This document shows positions 52,979-62,158 of a stretch of 64,000 nt of DNA, piece by piece; the stretch's first letter is position 1, and each line of letters opens with the position of its first letter. The notes beneath the pieces were generated by a model. It had not been told where the DNA came from and made no database searches. It saw nothing but the letters and a program-made list of their open reading frames with translations. The position numbers and the translations under genes were made by a program. This stretch comes from an uncultured Lachnoclostridium sp. (GTDB lineage: Bacteria; Bacillota; Clostridia; Lachnospirales; Lachnospiraceae). The stretch lies in contig CALWDO010000010.1 of the NCBI GenBank assembly GCA_944376715.1, positions 34 to 64,033 of the forward strand, in the 5' to 3' direction.

Positions 52979-54505
52979 TTGGAACAATACAGATTAAAAG
53001 TAAGTAATATATCAAAATCTTTCCCTGGCGTAAAGGCGCTGGATCATGTTCAGCTGGAAGTGAAACCAGGTTCCGTACATGCATTAATCGGAGAAAACGG
53101 AGCCGGGAAGTCCACTTTGATGAAATGTCTGTTTGGGCTCTATCATCCGGAAGAAGGCACAATTGAGCTGGATGGTGAACCGGTGGAAATCGATAATCCT
53201 CATACAGCGTTGAAACTGGGGATATCCATGATCCATCAGGAGTTAAACCCGATACCTTACCGGAATATTACAGATAATATCTGGGTGGGAAGATTTGAAA
53301 AGAAAGGCGTCATTGTAGACGAGGCAAAGATGCGGTCCATGACAGAAAAATTATTAAAAGATTTGGATTTCGATATTTCTCCGGATGTACTGGCGAAAGA
53401 TTTATCCGTATCTCAGCTTCAGGCGGTAGAAATTGCAAAAGCAGTTTCTTATAATGCCAAAGTCATTATTATGGATGAACCTACTTCTTCTCTGACCGTG
53501 GCAGAAACACAGCATTTGTTTCAGATCATAAAGCGGCTGAAAGAGGAGGGGCGATCTATCATCTACATATCCCATAAACTGGAAGAGATCTTTGAAGTTG
53601 CGGATGAGATCACTGTCATGCGGGATGGACAGTATGTGGGAAAATGGGCCATATCGGACATTACGATTGATGAATTGATTCATCAGATGGTTGGACGTGA
53701 TATGGAGGAACGTTTTCCTCCAGCCGAAGATGTTGTTACAAATGATGTAATTTTGAAAGTAAATGATTTTACCAGTGTCGATGAACATTCTTTTCAGCAT
53801 GTGAGTTTTGAACTTCACAAGGGAGAAATCCTTGGGGTGGGAGGATTGGTAGGGGCCCAGCGGACGGAGTTGATGGAAGCAATATTTGGGTTACGAAAGA
53901 TTTCCAGTGGAACGCTGACAATGAATGGAAATGAGATCCATAACAATACACCTCAGGACGCGATTCGTAATAAATTTGCTCTTCTTACAGAAGAACGCCG
54001 GGCGACCGGCATCATCCCTATGCTGTCTGTGTGGGATAATATTCTGGCAGTCGCCTATCGAAAACTTGCAAATAATATCATTGGATTTATAGATAAGAAA
54101 AAACTAAATGAACCGGTGGAAACCGTCTGTAAAGACTTAGACGTACGGACGGCCAGCATGGATACACTGATAAAAAACCTGTCCGGCGGAAATCAACAGA
54201 AAGTGCTGGTGGGCAGATGGCTGTTGTCAGACTGTGATATTTTGATTCTGGACGAACTTACACGTGGTGTTGATGTGGGAGCCAAGTATGAGATCTATAA
54301 AATCATGAGAGACCTTGTGAGAAAGGGGAAAGCAATTATCATGGTTTCATCAGAGATGCCGGAACTCTTAGGAATGTCTGACCGCGTGATGGTCATGTGT
54401 GAAGGCCGGCTTTCCGGCATCCTGAACAGGGAAGAAGTGACTCAGGAAGAAGTCATGAAATTTGCCACCAGATTCTCCAATAAAGCGAAAGAGGTGATTT
54501 CCTAA
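52979..54505 (+). CDS. Monosaccharide ABC ATP-binding protein (MglA-like)
   Basis: TTG start, GENGAGKST, MDEPTSSL, LSGGNQQKV, LDELTRGVDVGAK. Confidence 0.95.
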   Translation: MEQYRLKVSNISKSFPGVKALDHVQLEVKPGSVHALIGENGAGKSTLMKCLFGLYHPEEGTIELDGEPVEIDNPHTALKLGISMIHQELNPIPYRNITDNIWVGRFEKKGVIVDEAKMRSMTEKLLKDLDFDISPDVLAKDLSVSQLQAVEIAKAVSYNAKVIIMDEPTSSLTVAETQHLFQIIKRLKEEGRSIIYISHKLEEIFEVADEITVMRDGQYVGKWAISDITIDELIHQMVGRDMEERFPPAEDVVTNDVILKVNDFTSVDEHSFQHVSFELHKGEILGVGGLVGAQRTELMEAIFGLRKISSGTLTMNGNEIHNNTPQDAIRNKFALLTEERRATGIIPMLSVWDNILAVAYRKLANNIIGFIDKKKLNEPVETVCKDLDVRTASMDTLIKNLSGGNQQKVLVGRWLLSDCDILILDELTRGVDVGAKYEIYKIMRDLVRKGKAIIMVSSEMPELLGMSDRVMVMCEGRLSGILNREEVTQEEVMKFATRFSNKAKEVIS

Positions 54506-55494
54506 TGAAAACAGTGAATTTGAAGAAACTGCTTATCGATAAATCCCTGATCATCGTTCTTCTTCTCATGATCGTCGGGATGATTATCATAGAACCTTCC
54601 TTCCTGCAGTGGAGGGTATTGACGGATATTCTTACCCAGTCTGCGGTAAAGATGATTTGTGCATTGGGCTTGATGTTCCCGCTTCTGCTGGGCGGCACAG
54701 ACCTGTCCGGCGGTCGTCAGGTAGGACTGGCTGCAGTATTGGTAGCGTCTATGTCCCAGATGATGGATTATTCTAACCGTTTTTGGCCGAATCTTCCCTA
54801 CCTTCCGATTATCGTTCCAATACTCATTACGTTGGCAGTGGTGGCTGTGATCGGTGCGGCAAACGGATTTATGATTGCGAAGTTGAAGATGCTTCCGTTT
54901 ATCGCTACATATGGTATGTCCACGATTGTATATGGCATTAACTGTCTGTATTTCTCAAAAGAGCCGAATAATTCTCAGCCTATTGGAGGAATTAGAGATG
55001 ATCTGAAATTCCTCAGCAGTTATAAACTGTTTGGACAGATCAGTTTGTTGGTAGTCATTGCAATTGCGGCGATTATAATCGTTTGGTTTGTACTGAATAA
55101 GACAGTATTCGGGAAAAATATTTATATCGTAGGCGGAAGTCCGGAAGCGGCAAAAGTATCGGGTATTAATGTGCATAAAATCATTATTGCTGTATTTATC
55201 ATTGAGAGCTGTCTGGTGGGACTGGCCGGTATCATGGAAGTGGCCAGAACAGGAGGAGCAAACAGTTCCTATGGTAATGCGTATGAGTTTGACGCCATTT
55301 CCTCCTGTGTGGTCGGCGGCGTATCTTTGAGCGGCGGCGTAGGAAAAGTATCCGGAGCAGTGATCGGCGTTATCATATTCACGATCATCAGCTATGGTCT
55401 GGCGTTCATTGGCGTCAATGCTAACTGGCAGCTCATTATCAAAGGTCTTATCATCTGTATTGCGGTGGCTCTTGACATGAGAAAGAATGCATAA
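54505..55494 (+). CDS. Monosaccharide ABC permease (MglC-like)
   Basis: GTDLSGGR.VGL, PFIAT.G, GKNIY.VGG.PEAA.VSG, YEFDAI..CVVGGVS. Confidence 0.94.
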   Translation: MKTVNLKKLLIDKSLIIVLLLMIVGMIIIEPSFLQWRVLTDILTQSAVKMICALGLMFPLLLGGTDLSGGRQVGLAAVLVASMSQMMDYSNRFWPNLPYLPIIVPILITLAVVAVIGAANGFMIAKLKMLPFIATYGMSTIVYGINCLYFSKEPNNSQPIGGIRDDLKFLSSYKLFGQISLLVVIAIAAIIIVWFVLNKTVFGKNIYIVGGSPEAAKVSGINVHKIIIAVFIIESCLVGLAGIMEVARTGGANSSYGNAYEFDAISSCVVGGVSLSGGVGKVSGAVIGVIIFTIISYGLAFIGVNANWQLIIKGLIICIAVALDMRKNA

Positions 55495-55533
55495 TAGGCC
55501 AAATAGAAAATTAAAGCGCGAAAGGAAAAAGTT

Positions 55534-56421
55534 ATGAGTACGAATATGGTGAAACTGTCGGAAAAACTTTCGATCTCTCCGATTGTCCAGGGATTTTGGA
55601 GACTGGAGGACTGGAAATGGAGCGATAAGGAACTGGCGTCTTTTATGAATGCCTGCATTGAAAGAGGCGTCACGACTTTTGACACAGCGGAGATTTATTC
55701 CGATACGCTTTGCGAAAAAATGATGGGTGAGGCATTTGCTGCGGATCCGACGATCAGGAACCGGATACAGCTGGTATCTAAGACAGGCATTTTCAAAGAG
55801 AAAACATTTGGATATTATAATACGACTTATGACAGGGTAATAACTTCCTGCAAAGAAAGCCTGCAGAGACTGCATACGGATCATCTGGATTTGTATCTGA
55901 TCCACCGGGAAGATCCTTGTCTGGATCCGTGGGAAACCGCGCGGGCATTAAAAGATCTGAAAAAAGAAGGATTGATACTGGAAGCGGGAGTATCTAATTT
56001 TGATCCGTTTAAGTTCGATGCTATGAATACAGCTATGGACGGGGAACTGGTCACTAATCAGATCGAGTGGAACCCGGTATGCTTTGAACATTTTAATACG
56101 GGTATGATGGATTACCTGACCGTGCGCAGAATTCATCCCATGATCTGGTCCCCGCTGGCAGGCGGCCGTCTTTTCAAAGGAGAAGATGAACAGTGCCGGA
56201 AGGCGATGGACAAGATCCGTGAAATTGCCGACAGACATGGAGAAGATCCTTCGACGATCATCTATGCATGGCTGAAATATCATCCGGTTGGAGCTGCGCC
56301 CATTTCCGGAAGCAATAAATTATCCAGACTGGATCTGGCGCTTCGTGCGTTGAATGTGAAACTGGAACATTATGAATGGTATGAGATCTATGTAGCGAGC
56401 GGTCAGCAGGTGCTTCGTTGA
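55534..56421 (+). CDS. Aldo/keto reductase (YdhF/YcsN-like)
   Basis: G.WRL..W, GVTTFDTAEIY, VSKTGI, DLYLIHR.D, GVSNF, WSPLAGG. Confidence 0.92.
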   Translation: MSTNMVKLSEKLSISPIVQGFWRLEDWKWSDKELASFMNACIERGVTTFDTAEIYSDTLCEKMMGEAFAADPTIRNRIQLVSKTGIFKEKTFGYYNTTYDRVITSCKESLQRLHTDHLDLYLIHREDPCLDPWETARALKDLKKEGLILEAGVSNFDPFKFDAMNTAMDGELVTNQIEWNPVCFEHFNTGMMDYLTVRRIHPMIWSPLAGGRLFKGEDEQCRKAMDKIREIADRHGEDPSTIIYAWLKYHPVGAAPISGSNKLSRLDLALRALNVKLEHYEWYEIYVASGQQVLR

Positions 56422-56435
56422 TAAGATATTTTATT

Positions 56436-56463
56436 GGACGCGGGAAAATTCCGCGTCCTTTTT
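56436..56463 (+). terminator. Intrinsic terminator
   Basis: GGACGCGG / CCGCGTCC followed by TTTTT. Confidence 0.75.
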
Positions 56464-56481
56464 GCGCCTCAATCAAAGAGA

Positions 56482-56510
56482 TTGCGTCCTTTTTACGCTT
56501 TTGATATAAT
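56482..56510 (+). promoter_or_regulatory. sigmaA promoter of tatD-rsmA
   Basis: TTGCGT-17-TATAAT with extended -10 TG. Confidence 0.6.
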
Positions 56511-56545
56511 CGCTTTATCAGTTATTTGGTGAGGAGAGAAATATT

Positions 56546-57328
56546 GTGATATTTGACAGCCATGCGCATTACGATGATGAAGCGTTTGATGAGGATAGAG
56601 AGGAATTGCTGAGCAGTCTTGCCGATGCGGGCGTCGGTACCGTGGTCAATGTGGGAGCCAGTCTGGAGGGGGTTCGCCGGACTGTGGAATTGACGGAGAA
56701 ATATCCGTTTATATATGGAGCGGCAGGCGTGCATCCGGACGAGGTGGGCGCGCTGAACGAAGAGACTTTTGAATGGCTGAAAGAACAGTGCGGTCGGAAA
56801 AAGATTGTGGCAGTAGGAGAGATCGGTCTGGATTATTACTGGGATAGGGAGGACCGTTCCATACAAAAGGAATGGTTTGTGCGACAGCTCCGGATGGCGA
56901 AAGAGCTGGAGCTTCCGGTGATTATTCACAGCCGGGAAGCGGCGGCTGATACTTTTGAGATCCTGAAACAGGAGAAGACGCCGGAGCTCCCTATGGTAAT
57001 GCACTGTTATTCTTATTCTCCGGAGATGGCGAAAGAATATCTGAAGATGGGCTTTTACCTGGGAATCGGCGGAGTGCTTACCTTTAAAAATGGGAAGAAG
57101 CTGAAAGAGACCGTGGCGGAGGCGCCCATAGAACGGCTGCTGCTGGAAACGGACTGTCCCTATCTGGCTCCGGTGCCCTATCGCGGAAAACGCAATGATT
57201 CCAGAAAACTTACACTGGTAGCGGAGGAACTTGGCAGAATCAAAGGGATCTCCGCAGAAGAAGTGATCCGGATTACCGAAGAAAATGCCAGGAGATTTTT
57301 CCGGCTGGAACAGGAGGAGAGATTATGA
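56546..57328 (+). CDS. tatD: TatD family DNase
   Basis: FDSHAH, GVHP, GEIGLDY, IIHSRE, HCYS, LETDCPYL. Confidence 0.95.
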   Translation: MIFDSHAHYDDEAFDEDREELLSSLADAGVGTVVNVGASLEGVRRTVELTEKYPFIYGAAGVHPDEVGALNEETFEWLKEQCGRKKIVAVGEIGLDYYWDREDRSIQKEWFVRQLRMAKELELPVIIHSREAAADTFEILKQEKTPELPMVMHCYSYSPEMAKEYLKMGFYLGIGGVLTFKNGKKLKETVAEAPIERLLLETDCPYLAPVPYRGKRNDSRKLTLVAEELGRIKGISAEEVIRITEENARRFFRLEQEERL

Positions 57329-58212
57329 GCCGTCCGGCGCCGACGCTGGGGAATCCCCAGAATACCATAGAGATTTTGAACAAATATAAATTTGTATTTC
57401 AGAAAAAATACGGCCAGAATTTTTTGATCGATCCCCATGTGCTGGAAAAGATTATCCGTGCGGCACAGATTACCGAAGCTGATTTCGTGGTTGAGATCGG
57501 ACCGGGCATCGGGACTATGACACAATATCTGGCCGCCTCGGCCAAGGGGGTGGCGGCGATCGAGATCGACCGGGCGCTGATTCCCATTCTTCAGGATACG
57601 CTCAGTGCATATGATAATGTGACTGTGATAAATGAAGATGTGATGAAGGTGGATCTGAAGAAGCTGGCGGAAGAGATGAACGGAGGAAAGCCGGTAAAGA
57701 TTGTGGCGAATCTTCCATATTATATTACTACGCCGATTATCATGGGGCTGTTCGAAAACCATGTCCCGGCAAAAAGTATTACGGTCATGGTGCAGAAGGA
57801 AGTGGCGGACCGGATGCAGGTAGGTCCGGGAACGAAAGACTACGGAGCCTTATCTCTTGCGGTCCAGTATTATGCAGAACCGGAGATTGTGGCAAATGTG
57901 CCGCCCAACTGTTTTATGCCCCGGCCCAATGTGGGGTCTGCGGTGATCCGCCTGTCGGTTTATGAAGAACCGCCGGTGAAGGTGAAGGACGAAAAGCTGC
58001 TTTTTGCGATTATCCGAGCCTCGTTTAACCAGAGACGAAAGACGCTTCAGAATGGGCTTGGCCATGTGCCGGAACTTGGCATTCCGAAAGAGATGACGGT
58101 ACATATTTTAGAGGAGATGGGACTGCCTGCATCCGTGCGGGGAGAAGCATTGACGCTGGAGCAGTTTGCCGATTTCGCCAATCGCGCCGCGTTGTTGAAA
58201 GAGCAGTCATAA
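57325..58212 (+). CDS. rsmA: 16S rRNA adenine dimethyltransferase
   Basis: KKYGQNFL, EIGPGIG, VANLPYYITTP, VMVQKEVA, F.QRRKTL. Confidence 0.97.
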   Translation: MSRPAPTLGNPQNTIEILNKYKFVFQKKYGQNFLIDPHVLEKIIRAAQITEADFVVEIGPGIGTMTQYLAASAKGVAAIEIDRALIPILQDTLSAYDNVTVINEDVMKVDLKKLAEEMNGGKPVKIVANLPYYITTPIIMGLFENHVPAKSITVMVQKEVADRMQVGPGTKDYGALSLAVQYYAEPEIVANVPPNCFMPRPNVGSAVIRLSVYEEPPVKVKDEKLLFAIIRASFNQRRKTLQNGLGHVPELGIPKEMTVHILEEMGLPASVRGEALTLEQFADFANRAALLKEQS

Positions 58213-58235
58213 GCGGGGGCGGACGGGCATAGAAT
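58207..58235 (+). promoter_or_regulatory. sigmaE-type promoter of the downstream hypothetical gene
   Basis: TCATA-16 nt-CATAGAAT. Confidence 0.6.
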
Positions 58236-58261
58236 ACCCTGAAAGAACAGGAGGGAATTCT

Positions 58262-58771
58262 ATGCAGGGATATACGAGAAAGATCGCATACCTTTATGAA
58301 TATAAAGATGGAGAGCAGATGAAGAGCGCAGGCTTTGTAAAAGTGGAGGCGCGCGGCGGAGTCTGCCGGATCGATATTCATTTAAAGAGCTACTGTCATC
58401 CCGGGGAAGAAGCCGGGAAAGCCTATATTTATTTTTATTATCAAAAACATCCGGTAGGCATCTGCCTGGGAGACTTAGAAAGCCGCAATGGCGCGCTGGA
58501 GTGGCAGGGAACATTGGACGCGGAAAACATTCAGGATAAAGGGGTATCTCTTGCGGAAACCAGAGGTATCTGGGTCCGGAGGCCGGATCATCGTCAGTAT
58601 GTGGCGGACTGGGACGACTATCCGGTAGATGTGAGACGCTTTCTGCTGTTCCCAAGCGGAGGCAAGAAATGTATCCGCTGCCCCTGGTTTGGAAATTGTG
58701 AGAGGAGCATGGAACATGCCGCTGACAGAAGAAGAGAGATATATGAAGGAAGCCATCCGGCAGGCGCATAA
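58262..58771 (+). CDS. Hypothetical protein (DUF6128-like N-domain, Cys-rich tail)
   Basis: Y.R.I.YLYEY..G......GFVK.E.R motif; tail CIRCPWFGNC; AGGAGG RBS. Confidence 0.65.
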   Translation: MQGYTRKIAYLYEYKDGEQMKSAGFVKVEARGGVCRIDIHLKSYCHPGEEAGKAYIYFYYQKHPVGICLGDLESRNGALEWQGTLDAENIQDKGVSLAETRGIWVRRPDHRQYVADWDDYPVDVRRFLLFPSGGKKCIRCPWFGNCERSMEHAADRRREIYEGSHPAGA

Positions 58772-59213
58772 GGCCTGGAAACTGGGGGAGGTCCCCATCG
58801 GATGCGTGATTGTGCGGGAGGGGAAGATCATCGCCAGAGGATATAACCGCCGCAATACAGATAAAAATACTCTGGCCCACGCGGAATTGCTGGCGATCCG
58901 CAAGGCCAGCCGTGCGGCGGGAGACTGGAGATTAGAGGACTGCACGATTTATGTGACGCTGGAGCCCTGCCAGATGTGTGCCGGGGCCATTGTACAGGCT
59001 AGGATCCCCCGGCTGGTGATCGGCAGCCGGAACCCCAAAGCAGGCTGCGCGGGTTCGGTGCTGAATCTTCTGCAGGTACCGGCTTTCAACCATCAGGTAG
59101 AGATCATAGAGGGCGTGCTGGAAGAAGAATGTTCTTCCATGCTGACGAACTTTTTCCGGGAGCTGCGGGAGAAAAAGAAAGAAGCGAGAAATAATACGGA
59201 GGATAAGGGATGA
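58716..59213 (+). CDS. tadA: tRNA adenosine(34) deaminase
   Basis: GEVPIG, HAE, VTLEPCQMCAGA, PKAGCAGS, FF..LR. Confidence 0.95.
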   Translation: MPLTEEERYMKEAIRQAHKAWKLGEVPIGCVIVREGKIIARGYNRRNTDKNTLAHAELLAIRKASRAAGDWRLEDCTIYVTLEPCQMCAGAIVQARIPRLVIGSRNPKAGCAGSVLNLLQVPAFNHQVEIIEGVLEEECSSMLTNFFRELREKKKEARNNTEDKG

Positions 59214-59899
59214 ATCAGTTTGATGTAATATTATGGGACGTGGACGGAACCCTGCTGGATTTTCTGGCTGCGGAGAAGGCTGCGATCCAGAGCCTTTTTA
59301 AAGAATTCGGGCTGGGAGAGTGCTCGGATGAGATGTTGTCCCGGTATTCTGAGATTAACCGGGAATATTGGAGAAAGCTGGAACGTGGAGAGATGGAGAG
59401 GTCCCAGATCCTGGTGAAACGGTTTGAAGATTTTTTCCGTGGGGAGGGGTTGGATACTTCCCTGGGAAAAGCGTTCAATGAGGCTTATCAGGTGCGCCTG
59501 GGAGATACCATCGTGTTCTGTGATGACAGCAAAGATCTGGTGGCGTCTCTGCGGGGAAAAGTCCGGCAGTACGTGGTGTCCAACGGAACCGTGGTGGCCC
59601 AGACGAAGAAACTGGACCGTTCCGGATTTGACAAGCTGATGGACGGCGTCTTTTTGTCCGAAGAGTTGGGATACGAAAAACCTGCAAAGGAGTTTTTTGA
59701 TCTGGTATTTCGGGAAATCCATGCGCCGGAAAAGGACCGCATACTGATTGTGGGAGATTCTCTCACCAGTGATATTGCCGGCGGCAACCGCGCCGGTATC
59801 CGGACCTGCTGGTATAATCCGGGCGCTCAGGTGAACGATACGGGCGCGAAAGTGGATTATGAAATTCGGAATTTGCAGGAGATACGGGAGATAATCTAA
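59210..59899 (+). CDS. YjjG-family HAD pyrimidine nucleotidase
   Basis: DVDGTLLDF...E, SNG, S...G..KP, VGDSLTSDI.GG..AG. Confidence 0.9.
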   Translation: MNQFDVILWDVDGTLLDFLAAEKAAIQSLFKEFGLGECSDEMLSRYSEINREYWRKLERGEMERSQILVKRFEDFFRGEGLDTSLGKAFNEAYQVRLGDTIVFCDDSKDLVASLRGKVRQYVVSNGTVVAQTKKLDRSGFDKLMDGVFLSEELGYEKPAKEFFDLVFREIHAPEKDRILIVGDSLTSDIAGGNRAGIRTCWYNPGAQVNDTGAKVDYEIRNLQEIREII

Positions 59900-59965
59900 G
59901 ATATAGTTTTATCAAGCTAAAAAGAAAGCCACCCCACCAATGAGTGTGGAGTGGCAGTTTTTCAC

Positions 59966-60511
59966 TTAGATATCTATTGAGTTGAAATCGATCTCCAGAT
60001 CATCATAGATCCCGGCTTTGACAGTCTCAGAAAAAGTATATTCTGCGGTATCGTCGGACTCAAAAGAATAGACCATGATCCTGTTTTTCTCTGGATCGAC
60101 AATCCAGTATTCACGAACTCCGGCAGTACGGTATTTGAACAACTTGGTATAGTAGTCTGTTCGCCTGCTGCCCGGGAAGACAATCTCAATGATCCAGTCC
60201 GGCGCACCTGCGCAGCCTTTGTCTGTGAGTTTGTCGGGATTGCAAATAACACTTATATCCGGTTCTACATAGTTTTTATCATCTGCATTCAGAAATACGG
60301 CAAATGGGGCGATATCTACCTCACAGGATCCGCCTTTATCCTTAATATAGTTATTGATGATGGTTGAAAGCTCCAGTGTGATTCGCTGATGTTTCCGCGT
60401 GGGCGGTGCCATCATATACATCTGCCCGTCAATCAGCTCTGCCCGTTGTCCATCCGGCAGGGCATAGATATCATCAATGGTATACTCTTTGTTCTGTTGC
60501 AGTAATGGCAT
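59966..60511 (-). CDS. Uma2 family putative restriction endonuclease (PD-(D/E)XK)
   Basis: ELIDG..Y.MAPP...HQ, VEPDISV.C, GAPDWIIEI..P, K...Y..AGVREYWIVDP. Confidence 0.92.
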   Translation of the reverse strand: MPLLQQNKEYTIDDIYALPDGQRAELIDGQMYMMAPPTRKHQRITLELSTIINNYIKDKGGSCEVDIAPFAVFLNADDKNYVEPDISVICNPDKLTDKGCAGAPDWIIEIVFPGSRRTDYYTKLFKYRTAGVREYWIVDPEKNRIMVYSFESDDTAEYTFSETVKAGIYDDLEIDFNSIDI

Positions 60512-60589
60512 AGTAACACATCCTTTCATGGTGAGAGTGTTGACAGTTGCTTGAGGACTGCTCTTCATCATTCCAAAAAATCTCGAACA

Positions 60590-60787
60590 TTATTGTTCAC
60601 GCTCCATTCGCTCATTGACAGAACGAACAATAAAGGCATTCACGCTTTCTCCGTGTTTTTTTGCATGATCTCTTATTATTTTCTTTTGTCCTTTTGGAAA
60701 TGTAACGTTAATTCTATCATAATTGTTCTTTACATATTTGTTTACTGCTTTTTGCTGTGCTTTGCTAATTTTTGATTCTTCAGGCAT
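60590..60787 (-). CDS. Small ribbon-helix-helix (Arc-like) DNA-binding protein
   Basis: AQQKAV.KY...NYDRI.V..PKG.K..I...A...GES.N.FI. Confidence 0.75.
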   Translation of the reverse strand: MPEESKISKAQQKAVNKYVKNNYDRINVTFPKGQKKIIRDHAKKHGESVNAFIVRSVNERMEREQ

Positions 60788-61101
60788 TTGGCCACCCACT
60801 TTCACTAATATATAGATATACTGCATCTATTTTATAGAGATTATGACCCCAAAATCTATTGATGTAAATATACAATACTGCTAAATATATTGGTGCAAAT
60901 ATAGCAATTATGTCAATGAACTATTTGACACATCCCCTTCATCCCTTCTTCACATTCTTTACCTGCATCTTACATACTGTCAAATTCCGACAAAAAATAG
61001 CACTTTAAATGTAGAAATGAGCAAAGAGAAAGCTGTTTTTAAATGTTATATTGAATTTAGTCAAAGCGCGCAGAGAAAAGCAGAATGAAGGAGATGAAGT
61101 T

Positions 61102-62139
61102 ATGGGAACGATTCAGTTAAAAAATGTGAAAAAGCAGTTTGACAAGGATGTTGTCATCGAAAACCTGAATCTGGATATTGAAGATGGTTCCTTTACGGTG
61201 CTGGTAGGCCCCTCCGGGTGCGGCAAATCAACGACTCTTCGGATGATTACCGGACTGGATGATCCCACAGAAGGTGACATTTATATTGATGGACAGAAAG
61301 TGAATGACGTCACTCCGGGTAAAAGAGATATTGCCATGGTGTTTCAGAATTATGCGTTGTACCCGACCATGACGGTTCGTCAGAATATTGCGTTCGGTCT
61401 GGAGAATAAGAAAGTGCCGAAGGAAGAGCGGGACAGACGGGTGAAAGAGATCTGTGAGATTGTAGGTTTGACGGAATATCTGGACCGGAAACCTTCCAAG
61501 CTGTCCGGAGGCCAGCGTCAGAGAGTGGCGCTTGCCAGAGCCATGGTGAAACAGCCGAAAGTATTCCTGATGGACGAGCCCCTGTCGAATCTGGATGCAA
61601 AACTGCGGGCGCAGATGCGGGTGGAGCTGATCGAGCTGCATAAAAAACTGGGAACTACATTTGTGTATGTAACCCATGATCAGACGGAAGCCATGTCCAT
61701 GGCAGACACTATCGTGCTGATGAAAGACGGTTATATTGTCCAGCAAAGCTCTCCGAGGGAGCTGTATAACAATCCCAACAGTGTCTATGCTGCCCAGTTT
61801 ATCGGGACACCACAGATGAACGTGCTCCGGGATGCCCTTCCGGATGGGAAAATGCTTGGTTTCAGGCCGGAAAAACTGTCGTTCCGGGAAATGGAGGCAC
61901 CGCATATTACGCTCCGGGTACAGGTGGCGACAAAGGAAATGCTGGGTTCGGAGATCATTTATTCTCTGAACAGCAAATACGGCACATTGATGGCCAAAAC
62001 GGATTATGAAATCGGCGGAGGCGCAGAAGCCGATATTTATGTTCCGTTCTCATCCATGTATCTGTTCGGACAGGACGAGAAACGTATAGAACTGGATGAT
62101 ACGGCACGGGAACAGATTAAATCCGTATTTGCAGAATAA
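61102..62139 (+). CDS. CUT1 ABC transporter ATP-binding protein (UgpC/MalK-like)
   Basis: GPSGCGKST, VFQNYALYP, LSGGQRQR, MDEPLSNLDAKLR, YVTHDQ. Confidence 0.95.
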   Translation: MGTIQLKNVKKQFDKDVVIENLNLDIEDGSFTVLVGPSGCGKSTTLRMITGLDDPTEGDIYIDGQKVNDVTPGKRDIAMVFQNYALYPTMTVRQNIAFGLENKKVPKEERDRRVKEICEIVGLTEYLDRKPSKLSGGQRQRVALARAMVKQPKVFLMDEPLSNLDAKLRAQMRVELIELHKKLGTTFVYVTHDQTEAMSMADTIVLMKDGYIVQQSSPRELYNNPNSVYAAQFIGTPQMNVLRDALPDGKMLGFRPEKLSFREMEAPHITLRVQVATKEMLGSEIIYSLNSKYGTLMAKTDYEIGGGAEADIYVPFSSMYLFGQDEKRIELDDTAREQIKSVFAE

Positions 62140-62158
62140 AGTGGGAGGGGGCATACCT

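Noticed and set aside
21159-55905. Antisense ORFs 21159-22301, 31540-32562, 34988-35656 and 54955-55905
   Set aside because: Codon-bias shadows of the SBP genes, metG and permease/AKR genes; composition not protein-like
58716-59213. tadA as part of the Tad pilus system
   Set aside because: Name coincidence: this is tRNA adenosine deaminase (HAE/PCxxC), not the pilus ATPase
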